This document shows positions 1 through 10,994 of a stretch of DNA of 64,000 nt, one piece after another. The stretch is from Takakia lepidozioides. Lineage: Eukaryota; Plantae; Bryophyta. A model generated the notes under the pieces. That model was given only the letters and a program-made list of their open reading frames with translations. It did not search any database and was not told where the DNA came from. Both the position numbers and the translations under genes were made by a program. The stretch covers positions 69,316,001 to 69,380,000 of the forward strand of contig CM060732.1 in assembly GCA_030704615.1 (NCBI GenBank). The letters are read 5' to 3'. Position 1 is the first letter of the stretch. Every line of letters starts with the position of its first letter.

Positions 1-49
1 AACAAACAATAAAAAATCCCGCATTTTGTTGTAGTGAAATCTTCTCAAA

Positions 50-165
50 CAAACACGGTGATAATGACATGAATGTAGCAAAAGTCCTTAGATAAGTTGA
101 TATCCGTGGTAACGTACCAAAGATGCCAACTGCATGTCTTCTTAAAGCAGGATATGAATCAACAT
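50..165 (+). repeat. Orphan copy of the 3' flank of the KP4-like gene unit
   Basis: Closely matches about 1552-1665 (acacggtga..atgaatgtagcaaaag..gttgatatccgtggt..gtaccaaagatgcca.ct.catgtcttctt); an inverted copy lies at about 4240-4320. Confidence 0.8.
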
Positions 166-975
166 TCCAACTAGGTGGGATGGAGTCATTCTATTTAATT
201 CCTAACTTGATCTGGAGAAGAAGATTTTGCTTTTTCCCCACGAGCTGTCGAAAGCATAGAGAAGTTGCCTTCGCCAGATCCCATTGCATTTGGAAAGAGC
301 TGCACATAGCACGACCCTGCATGTTTTTCTGGCTTCAGAGATTAGGTCTGAGTGAATCCAAAAAAGGACCCAAGTAGAAGCAGGGGAATTATTGAGAACA
401 AAGGAGCAACGAGATTTCGGAGTATTCCAAAAAGTGAGCGCTCGCATGGCTGCCAGACGGGGCAGGACTTCCATGGAGAGCCGACATTAGAGATATTCTC
501 GAGGAAAATGGAGGGGGAGGGGATGCAATTGGGGACCCAGAGAGAGTAGAAGGAACTACTAATAGCTACTACTACTAGTGTGGCATGTGCCATTGAGCAT
601 TTCTAATGGTTTTCAGTGATGAAAATTACTTGAAATCCAAATTTTTCTCTCTCATTTGGTCCAAAATTGATAAAACCAATGCGGTGCATCCATCCTCATC
701 AAGGGCTTTCCAACAGTACCAAGAATGCAAGGGGAGGCCTCGTGGTTTGGGAAATCTCTACGTAGCAAAAACAAAACATAAAAAACAAACAACCCACACT
801 ATATTCTTGATAAATACAGCTACATGTATAGTATTCTTTGTTTTGTTGTGGTTTCAAATATTTTTGGTATTTTTAGATTAACAAAAATAAGATTTTTAGG
901 AGGTTGTTGATCTATACGGACATCAAAGTCCTCCACTGACAACTTTACTACCAACTACTAGAACATAATCTCAAG

Positions 976-984
976 TATATATAT
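976..984 (+). promoter_or_regulatory. TATA-like box upstream of KP4-like copy A
   Basis: TATATATAT about 100 bp upstream of ATG 1087; the motif is kept in the homologous flanks of copies B (~2237-2244) and C (~6643-6651). Confidence 0.4.
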
Positions 985-1086
985 GTCTCCGCTCGAAGGT
1001 TGCAACAGAATCCATCAGATTCGCAACCAAACAACCACAAAGCGACCTCCTCATAATGCTTCTTCGTCTTACCATTGCATTTCGTC

Positions 1087-1528
1087 ATGGCACTACATTC
1101 ATCAGTGGTGCTCACCGTTCTCATTCTCATAGACTTGAACATTCAAGGCGATGAACTGTGGCACTCGGCATCAATTGCCGCGGCAGCTCCGATTACAATA
1201 ATGTGGGGACCATGAAGCACTGCAATAGTTGGTGACCGTCATCAACGATATCAACCCCAATCGCTTTTACAACAATAAAAAATAAATTACATGCGGCGCT
1301 TTCAAGGGACAATTCATTTGTGTCTTCTGCAAAAGGTCCGGCGACACTCCCGACTACTCGATCAAGACCTTGATTCAACAACTTGCAGATCACGGTTGTA
1401 AGATTTGTGGGAGTATTCCACTTTTCTATCCACAAGACAACAATGTTGCTGATGTGATGCTGACAGTGAATGCGGTCGCTTTTGGGTGCAATTATAATGG
1501 CAATGCCAATAACGTTGACCTATGCTAA
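1087..1528 (+). pseudogene. KP4 killer-toxin-like secreted protein, copy A (frameshifts and stops)
   Basis: Hand translation: signal peptide MALHSSVVLTVLILI, then VALGINCRGSS ... LVTVINDINPNRFYNNKK*ITCGAFKGQFICVFCKRSGDTPDYSIKTLIQQLADHGCKICGSIPLFYPQDNNVADVMLTVNAVAFGC...LC*. LGINCRGSS, HGCxxCGSxP and LTVN are the KP4 family hallmarks. Confidence 0.9.
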
Positions 1529-1729
1529 GCGGAAAGCAAATCTCCTGAAGCGAACACGGTGACAATGATATGAATATAGCAAAAGACTTTAGAAAAGTTG
1601 ATATCCGTGGTAGTGTACCAAAGATGCCAGCTACATGTCTTCTTGAAGCAGAATACGAATCCACGTTTTTTGTTTTTTGTTTTTTTTTTTTGGAAAACAG
1701 CAGAAATGGTAGTGTTTGCTTTCTGCTCA

Positions 1730-2207
1730 CTAACATAGGCCAGCGTCCTCACCATCATAAATGCAGACCATTTGGACCGCGTTGACGGTCAGCATACCGA
1801 TGGCAATATTGTTGTCATCTGGATAGAAATGTGGAATACTCCCATAGGTCTCGCAACCGTGGATCACAAGCAAAGCTTAAGGCCTTTGCCGAAGGCTCAA
1901 GCTCACAATGTACCTGCAAGTTGTTGAATCAAGGTCTTGATCGAGTAGCCGGGAGCGCCACCGGAATTTTGGTAGAAGACACGAAAGTTTTATCCTTTAA
2001 AAACGCCGCAGGCAATATCTTCTTCATTGTTGTAAAAGCAATTGGGGTCGATTTGATCGTTGATGACGGTCACCAACGTTTGTAGTACTGGTCCATAGTG
2101 CCACCTTGTCCAGCAATACATGTTGCCGCGACAATTGATGCCGAGTGCCGTAAGACCGCGTCAAGGCTATGAGAATGAGAACGGTGAGCACAACTAATGA
2201 ATGTATG
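1730..2207 (-). pseudogene. KP4 killer-toxin-like protein, copy B (divergent paralogue; start codon lost, ~50-bp insertion)
   Basis: Minus strand: ALGINCRGNMYC...LVTVINDQIDPNCFYNNEEDIACGVFKG*NFRVFYQNSGGAPGYSIKTLIQQLA[insertion]HGCETYGSIPHFYPDDNNIAIGMLTVNAVQMVCIYDGEDAGLC*. Confidence 0.88.
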
Positions 2208-2624
2208 TATTCTATTGTCACCTTCAAGCGGAGACATATATATACTTGAGATCAGGTTGTAGTAGTTGGTAGTAAAGTTGCCAGTAGAAGACTTTGATGT
2301 CCGCATAGATCAACAACCTTCTAAAAATCTAAATTGTTGATCTAAAAATACAAAAAAATATTCGAATCCACAACAAAACAAAGAATACGTAAATAAACTG
2401 TTTTGTCGCGAATGCTGTTATTTTAAGGATGAAATCGCCAAACTTCTCCAAATAAATTGAATAGAATATACACGGGATTTCAAACCAGCGAGGTTTCAGT
2501 GTCATTTTCACTATTGACACATTTCACTAGTTATCATTTTCACTAAATAGTTAAGAATTGTTGACAAGACACTAAACTCACTATATAATAGTTACGCTAG
2601 AAGTGATATTTATGATATTTCATT

Positions 2625-3882
2625 AGCATTTGGGCCTCCACATAGGAGACACACTTGGATACATAGGGGATTGCACTTGGACTTAAAATGATGACACTGG
2701 AGACTTGGGCCAACATCACAGGCTACCCTAGTCAATATATGAATGAAGCCAGTTTGTTTGTTTTGTTTTGTTTGTTTGTAGCGTCGGTGAGATCTCCCAA
2801 ACCGCGGGGCCCAGCCCTGGTGCTTGGTGCCCTTGGAAAGCCCTCAATGAGGAGGGGTGCACCGGCTTGGTCTCATGATTTTTGGACCCGCGGTTTGGGA
2901 GATCTGGAATTTTGAGTACTTTTGGTCGCTGGAAATTCGGGAAAAATAGCAAAGTGGGATTTCCTGGGACATTGATTGGAGCCTCGACAAGAGATATAAT
3001 CAATATATGAAGCGAGACGTTTGTTTTGTAGCGTCATTGAGATCTCCCAAACCGTGGGCCCTAGCCCCGGTGTACGTGCCGTTGGAAAGCCCTCGACGAG
3101 GAGGGGTGCACTGGCTTGGTCTCATGATTTTTGGACAAGCGGTGAGGGAGATGTGGAATTCCAAGTACTTTTGGTCACTGGAGATTCACAAAAAATAGCA
3201 AAAATGGCAAAGTGGGCATTCCTCGGACAATGGTTGGAGCCTCGACAGGAGAGATATCAAGGGAAAGGTCTCCGGTTCAAATATGGTCGTAGGCTCCGTG
3301 GGGAAAAAAATGCGTTTATTAGATGACATTGGACCCTTGGGCCAACGGCAGAGGCTACCCTAGAGGTAGCACTTGGGCCTCGACATAGGAGATGCACTTG
3401 CATACACTTGGGCTTAGATGACACTTGACACTTGGGCCAACGACACAAGTTACCCTAGAGGTCGACTTGGGCCTCGACATAGGAGACGCACTTGGATAAA
3501 TAGGAGATTGCACACTGGGCTTAAATGGGCCTCGACATAGGAGACGCACTGGGATACATAGGAAATTGCACTTGGTCTTAGATGTCAATTCCTCACACAT
3601 GGGCCAAAGGTACAGACTGCCCTAGAGGTCGCACTTGGGCCTCGACATAGGAGATGCACTGGGATACATAGAAGATCTTACACTTGGGCTTAGATGACAC
3701 TAGACACTTGGGCCAACCACAGAGGCTATCCTAGAGATCGCATTTGGGCCTCGACATAGGAGACGCACTTGGATACATAGGGGATTGCACTTGGACTTAG
3801 ATGACACTGGATACTTGGGCCAACGACATAGGCTTAGATTTCAATTCTTCACACATCGGCCAATGGCACAGGCTACCCTAGT
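2625..3882. repeat. Degenerate tandem (minisatellite-like) array interrupted by a ~590-bp block at 2733-3320
   Basis: Recurrent cacttgggcctcgacataggaga(c/t)gcact and ggctaccctagag units of roughly 60-120 bp at 2625-2732 and 3320-3882. Confidence 0.85.
2790..2905. repeat. 116-bp unit bounded by perfect 19-bp inverted repeats, with degenerate copies at ~3040-3155 and (inverted) ~655-760
   Basis: agatctcccaaaccgcggg (2790-2808) and cccgcggtttgggagatct (2887-2905). Confidence 0.8.
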
Positions 3883-4090
3883 ATATACTTGAGATCAGGT
3901 TGTAGTAGTTGGTAGTAAAGATGCCGGTGGAGGACTTTGATGTCCGCATAGATCAACAACATTCTAAAAATCTAAATTTGTTGATCTAAATTATTCAAAT
4001 CCACAACAAAACAAAGAATACGTAAATAAACTGTTTTGTTGCTGATGTTGTTATTTCAATGATGAATTAACCGCCAAACTTCTCCAAATA
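3883..4090 (-). repeat. Orphan copy of the KP4 5' flank/promoter region
   Basis: Direct repeat of about 2239-2455 (tatatacttgagatcaggttgtagtagttggtagtaaag...ccaaacttctccaaataaa) with no coding sequence attached. Confidence 0.8.
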
Positions 4091-5784
4091 AAAAATAAGA
4101 AATGGATGAATTCATGCAATGTGGATGATATCAATGGATGAAAGTATGTATGAGGATGACCCTATCCAAATTTCAATGAATGAACAGAATATACGGCTAT
4201 TTCCTTCTATTTTCCAGAAAAAACAAAACAAAAAACCAAAAACGCTGATTCGTATCCTGCTTCAAGAAGACATGCAGCTGGCATCTTTGGTACGCTACCA
4301 CGGAAATCAACTTTCCTAGGGTAGTTGCAATGAAAAGTGGACCAAAAAATTGAAGATGTAGCCTATATAAAAGTACATAAGATAAAATAAAATAATCATT
4401 CCCTTGCACTATATCATGTGGAACGTCTGTTGGTGAGATATTGTCATTTCAAAGGGGAGAGGAAAAGATGTTATGGATGATATATGCCACCACATGCCTT
4501 CGATAACGTGATCCCAAATTGACTATAATCATAAAAATACATCCTTTTACAAATTTAACCTTGGCCCACCGTTCATCTACAATAAATCATTGTATTTAAT
4601 GAAGACAGTTCATGGAGTACTTTGGTTTTCATACCGTAAAAAGAGTGTTATTAGTAAAGTGTATAAAACTCAATTTAATGAATGAAAATATTTAAAAACT
4701 CTCATTCTAGCTTCAGATGCTATTGCTCAGTCCCCCCCCACTCCCCCCCTTCATTTCGGACCTGGGTCCAAAGTATCCACATGTCTTGTCTCTAACTTGT
4801 ACATCTCATGCATTTCACATGTTGTTCCGCTCTCGGATCAATCTTTGGAGGTTAAAGAGACAGTGTTAGTTGACACTGTTCTTCCGCAATCGACAATGAT
4901 TGCTCCGTTGTTGGAATCATCTGTGGAGGTTGTACAAGCGGTGCCCTTTGTTACCGGTCTTCTGCTATCATCAATGGTTTCCCCAATTTTAGACAACGAT
5001 GTTATGTCTGCTTCTTACAATCGACAACGGATCTTGCAAGGGGAGGTGCTATATTTGAAATTGGTTATAGGATGGGTATGGGCATTTCTTTGTTTGAGAT
5101 ACCCTGGTCCAAGGCATGGGTATGACAAAAACTCAGATGACATACTGGGGCAATATGTACAATGGTATGGTTATATTTCTAATGGATGGTATCTTCGACA
5201 ATTACACTGTATATTATGGTATTTTAAGGTTAACTTCATGTTATTTTGACATTCTGTGCTATCCTCATTTACATTTCTGCAATGTAAAATATAGCACTAT
5301 ATCTATGTGTACAATAGGGTTTGTGTAAACTTGTATCATTACACATACCCATGCTAACTTGGGTTTATCAATCCTCAATACGGGTCTCAAGCTGAGTATG
5401 AAAATATTTCATACTTAGAATGGTATGGTAGGTAGGGGGGTAGGTCCAGTGTTCAAAACCCGGGGTCAAGGATATAGCTGGTGTATACCCCCCAAGACAT
5501 ACCCAACTGGTATGTTCTACAATATCCTTACACATACCAATGCACATACCCTGGCTGACTTGCACATACTAGTACAACACTGATAGATACTATACGTAGA
5601 TAGGTGCAACATTATGAGTCCCTTTTAAATTTAGGATTATGGACCAATACCAACAAACTACGTACAAGAAAAATGACGCGATGACGTCAAAAAATGGACA
5701 TTGTAGGCTGCAATCACCCCCTAAAGACTTTTGCTATATTCATATCACTGTCATCGTGTTCACTTCATGAGATTTGCTTTCCGC

Positions 5785-6226
5785 TTAGTATAGGTCAATG
5801 TTATTGGCATGACCATTATAATTGCAGCCAAAGGCGACCGTGTTGGCGGTCAACATCTCGTCAGCAACAATGTTGTCTTATGGATAGAAAAGTGGCATAC
5901 TCCCGCAGACCTTACAATCGTGATCTGCAAGTTGTTGAATCAAGGTCTTGATCGAGTAGCCGGGAGTGCCGCCGGACCTTTTAGTAGAAGACACAAACGA
6001 ATTGTCCCTCGAAAGCGCCGCATGTAATTTGTTTTTTATTGTTATAAAAACCATTGGGGTTGATATCGTTGATGACGGTCACCAACTATTGCAGTGCTCC
6101 ATGGTTCCCCGCATTATTGTAATCGGAGCTTCCGCGGCAATCGATGCCAAGTGCCACAACACCGCCTTGAACGCTCAAGTCTATGAGAATGAGAATGGTG
6201 AGCACCACTGATGAATGTAGTGCCAT
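5785..6226 (-). pseudogene. KP4 killer-toxin-like secreted protein, copy C
   Basis: MALHSSVVLTILILIDLSVQGGVVALGIDCRGSSDYNNAGNHGALQ*LVTVINDINPNGFYNNKKQITCGAFEGQFVCVFY[fs]SGGTPGYSIKTLIQQLADHDCKVCGSMPLFYP*DNIVADEMLTANTVAFGC; close inverted paralogue of copy A, including flanks (5725-6830). Confidence 0.9.
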
Positions 6227-6230
6227 GATG

Positions 6231-6545
6231 TTCCTGCTTTTGGTGTTCCATGCCAACTCTTATCAAAGATTTCTGTCAAATCTTTTATCCAGGGATGTAC
6301 CTCAGATCTTTCACCTCGTGATTGATCTTCTTCCCGTACCAATTCCCTTAATCTTTCTTGCAAAGAAAAAGAAGGAGTGGCATCCAACTCTAGTTCTTCC
6401 GGTATGGGTGATGTACTCTCTGATCTTAATGGTGTGAGAGGTCCAGATGATTCCCCTATGTCTATTCCTCTCTCCCAAAGATATGGATAATTAGCTTTCA
6501 GATAGCTTTCTCTTTTTGCTGAATATCTCTGGCGTCTAGCTTCTC
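6231..6545 (-). mobile_element. 315-bp internal gag fragment of the local large Ty3/Gypsy family inserted in the KP4 copy C 5' leader
   Basis: Reverse complement of about 16102-16417 and 49663-49977; copy A shows the empty site gccatgacg|aaatgcaatgg. Confidence 0.93.
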
Positions 6546-6834
6546 AAATGAAATGGCAAGACGAAGAAGTATTACGAGGAGGTCGCATGTGGTTGTTTGG
6601 TTGTGAGTCTGATGGATTCTGTTACAACCTTCGAGCGAAGACATATATATACTTAAGATTAGGTTATAGTAGTTGGTAGTAAAGTTGTCGGTGGAGGACT
6701 TTGATGTCCGCATAGATCAATAACCTTCTAAAAATCTTATTTTTGTTGATCTAAAATATCAAAAATATTTAAAACCACAACAAAACGAAGAACACTATAC
6801 ATGTATATGTATTTCTGAAGACTATAGGGCAGCC

Positions 6835-9800
6835 ATGCGAGCGCTCACTCAAGAGTCCGACGTTGACAATCCGATGATGGTGGTGTTCATCAGGGAGGAT
6901 GGTACAGCGCCAAAGACATTTGGCTTTTCATTGGAAATATCTTATCGTGTGCGCAGAGCAATGATGAAAGATGCTGTTAAGATGGGATTCAATTTTCCGG
7001 AAGATGGTTCAGGCCTAAATGCAGAGAGGTTCGTCTGCGCTTGGAACATTTTCCAAGATGTACTCCATGCGCAGGGAAACCTCAACAACGAAGACAAGAC
7101 AAAGCGGCGGCGAAGGGGGGCAAAGCCCAATAAAGGAAAACGGAAGTCCACGGCAGGGTCTTCACAGACTGAGAATGAGGAGGAGCAGCCGGCCGGGAAA
7201 AAGAAAAAGAAAGCAGCGCTCGATATTGTATTTATGACCAACAACAAGAAGCCAAAAACTGGTGAGATTTTCGACAAAGCCAAGTGCGAGGCGATGCAGA
7301 AAAATCTGGAGAAGGACTACAAAGACATGTTTTTTTTTTGGGTTCAACACTATAATTTCAATTGACGTCTCAAGGATGGAACTTGCTCCAAGAAGCATGG
7401 TATATCGTCCATTGAATGTAAAGCACAAGGACGAAGTTAAAGCCCGTCTCTACAAACTGCGAGTTCTAGACTCTAAGCATCATGTCTACCTAGCCAAGGA
7501 ATGAACATGCTTTGACCGCTCGATTTCTGTGATGAAACCTCGGCAGCGGAAGACATTCACAATTCAAAGATTCTTCGTGATTGGAGGCCAGCACACTATT
7601 ATGGCTGCAAAGGTATTTTACAAGAATTTCAATGAGATGCTTAATTATGCAACCTCGCGCGATCGCGCGTGCTTCTTTTTATTCTTCAATTTCACTCTTG
7701 TTCATTTCCATGTTGATGCAACACTTTCCTCCTCAGGAACTCGTGGATGAGATTACTGACCTGGAGTTGAGGTTTTACTACTGCGAATGGCCTTCAATTA
7801 TCGTCTGGTCAGATAATAATATTGGACTGGTGAAGATTTCAAAGCTCCTAAACGATCCAAATAAAGCCCAAAAATTCGACACGACATTCCCGGAGAAGCT
7901 TGCTCACATGCGGTTGTACTATGAGTTGAGGGGGAGGCCCAGAAAATTCAGCGACAACATTTCAAAATCTGAAATCGTTCAGTGGAAGGTAATCACTCGG
8001 GCTTCCATTTTCTTTTAAGGTCCAGTTTTACATTCACTAGAAATTGCCTATACTCGCAGTACGTTGATCTGACCTGCTATTTCTGCTCCCCATGAATTTT
8101 TGCAAGCCTCACAACTTATATTGGAGATGCTAAGCATAAAGGAGGCCATGACATTGGTCCTATGCGATGACGATATTTGGGCGAAGTGGCAGTAGGTTTT
8201 CAATGAGTGGGAGAAGGGAAACCTCCTAGACATTAACGGAAAGAAGCACAAGGGTGAACAATTGCAGCTGATAAAATCTGCCGTCCGCAAGCTCCAAGGC
8301 TTGAATCCCCGACAAATGAAGAAGGTAGCCCAGAAGATATTGGACTTGCAATTCTACGTTCGTCATCCTTACAAGGGTAAGGACCCTAAGATATAGAGCA
8401 TGCCAGATTACATTGACCAAATGAAGGCCCGGAGGTTTATCATCGACGATGTCATGGTGGTATTGGGGTTTAATCCCAGAAGCAAACAACACCCCGAGCC
8501 GTATATAAAAGAAGAATGGCACGAAGTGAAGAAGAACAAAGCGGAATTCAAGACATTCCGTCAGAAACTCGGGAGCAAATACATGAATAACAAAGTAAAA
8601 ATGAACATGAAGACCGAGCCAGCGACTGATGCGTTCATCAAATACGTGCTTTCATGCAAGAAAAACGTCGAGGACAAGGAGAACAAAATAGGAACTGGTA
8701 AATGCACAGATGGGTGGACCAAAAACTGCGTAACATGTAGTTTCTGCAGTGACTTCCCTCCATGATTTTAACCATATTTGTCCAACAATTCAATATTTCA
8801 TCTAAATTTATATGCGATAGGGTTTCTAACTACAATAGGTATGTGTACCAATTGTTAGATTGCAAAAACAATCATGTACCAGAGAGCTATGGACTTTTAA
8901 AGTTGATTGCTGTGGACTGCATATGTTACACATAAAATCTTATGGAGTAAAAAAACATCATCTACACTCATATAATAGCACAAAGAAAAACATACTAGGG
9001 GTGTATTTCTAAAACCAACCCAAATCCACTTTCATATGGACTAGTTACCTTAGGAATTGAGAGCTATGGACTATTTTACACCTAAAAAACAAATTGTCCA
9101 TAACATATTATGTTTTGGGTTTTTGGGGTGTTATCTTTTACCAAAAGGCATACAAACCTATAATCTACAATGGCCAGGTGATATCTGGACAAGTGGTTGT
9201 AAGCTCTAAATTTTGACGTCAGATTAAAATATCTAATAAATAATGTATTCAATATTTTTTTTTGGGGGGGGGGGGCTCTTTATTAAAAATGTTTGGTATA
9301 CTACTATCTATTTTTTTCTAAAAATAAACTAACAAAATTGGCTTAAAAAATATATTTTTCTATGGACTCAACATCTATCTTTTTTGGTCCACCCATTCGT
9401 GCAAATGCCCCAACCTCAGCGAAACCTTCAAGTCAGATGATCAAATTATTGGAGGGAACATGAAGTTCACCGACGCAAAAACTCAGTTGAAAATTGTGAG
9501 AAAGAAGGATTTCGAGAAAATAGCAATGGTGTTCATCAACACAGTCTGTGACGACGACTCAGTTGTTTTCCAAGCAAGGAATTATCAGAATATTTTTGAT
9601 GCGTTCTTCGACCAACAGTTGAACACTTATGCATTTTTCTTCTTCTCGACACAGAGGTCCTCTGCCAATCTTATTTTCTACTTACGGTTTGGGGAGGGTC
9701 GGAACAAGTATGATGTATCTTCTGCTTCAGGGGTTGTATCTTCCAGGTGAGTTTGAGACTCCTTACCAGAGCAGCACAAAGTCCTTTGCAAGGCCAGTGA

Positions 9801-9870
9801 TGTGCCTTGACTACGTATTTCCGGCATCAGCTGCCCAGATGGATATTTCTAGTATTTTTGTGATACTTGA
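6835..9870 (+). pseudogene. Spliced, decayed gene for an unknown, probably TE-associated protein with a ParB/Srx-like motif
   Basis: Collinear ORF fragments with a Lys/Arg-rich NLS-like tract and MVYRPLNVKHKDEVK...FFVIGGQHTIMAAK; GT-AG introns at 7613-7736 and 7989-8059; several stops and frameshifts. Confidence 0.5.
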
Positions 9871-10994
9871 TTAGACATCTGAATGACATTCCAGATAATC
9901 CACAGTTATTGAGTAGATAAAAGTAGCGTCGAAAGCCGACTAGATTTCCGAGCCACACATTCTAATGGGTAGTCGAAAAACTTATTTCTCTTTCTATCGG
10001 TTGTCCATAGGTAGAGTCTAGTTCCTAGGCTGAAGGCTAGAAAACAATGTAGATTGACCTACCATCTCGAGGTCGCCGGAGTACTGAGACAACAATATCA
10101 CATGGGCAACAGCAGGAGGAGGAAAGAACGGGGCTGCACAAAATCAGAGACCAACGAGATTGAGATAACTGTGCTGAATGCACGCGGTGTTCATCTTCTT
10201 CTGAGCGCGGCACAATCCTCTCTACACCCCCCGCACTACTTACCTAGGTATGGCTCAGTGTTGCACGAGAGACGTACAACTTTGAACTGGCTGAGGCTAC
10301 GAATGCACCTGGATGAAGATGAGACATCAATGGATGACAAGTGGGTGGCGAGGGCTGACCGAGGGTGCGTTGACAGCCGGATGGCTAAACGTCATCTACA
10401 TCGTCGTCGAGTCAACAAGAAGAGCAAGACATCTACTGCGAGGGCTCTACTTTGAAAGGATTTCATCCACACGACTTCCCCGATACGCGCCGGAGATAGC
10501 TGGCTTGCAAGTTGAATTGACTTGTACGAATGCAAGGGTGCCTTTAAAACTTCCTGCCATAAAGACTGGTTACAAACGCATACTCCCACATGTTGTAACA
10601 TCAGAAGTCAATGAGATTTTCTACCTCGTTGTGCTCTCATACCTGCCATGCATTGTGCATCTGATTTTAGCTGACAACTGTCTATATTTGGGCGACCCAT
10701 TCTGCTTTGGCCAGCTTCTGATGAGAGAGATGGTCCATCCAGCCTGAAGGGTCCTACGCTCTCCCATTTTACTTTGACTTTACTGTATATTTTCCCAATC
10801 AATAAGAGTAATGTGGGATCCTAACAGTGAACGTAGCTTATCAGCCTAGCCTAGTGGACAAGGGATCACTTGGAGATCGCCCAGATGATGTAGTGTACGA
10901 GAGGAAGTCTCCAAAGTAGCATGCTGCAAACCTCGGTTTATGAGCTTTCAATGTGCCCACTAACAAATACTTTTGGATTTACTGTTGGATGTCT

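Noticed and set aside
4740-5330. Possible decayed LTR-retrotransposon 3' end (purine tract aaggggagg followed by TG)
   Set aside because: No second LTR, TSD or recognisable domain.
948-6437. ORF-track proteins such as MWIEKWNTP and MPPDLLVEDT
   Set aside because: They are antisense shadows of the KP4-like pseudogenes.
10054-10830. ORFs of 133-144 aa and an LTR-end-like gtgggatcctaaca
   Set aside because: No domain motifs and no PBS or partner LTR.
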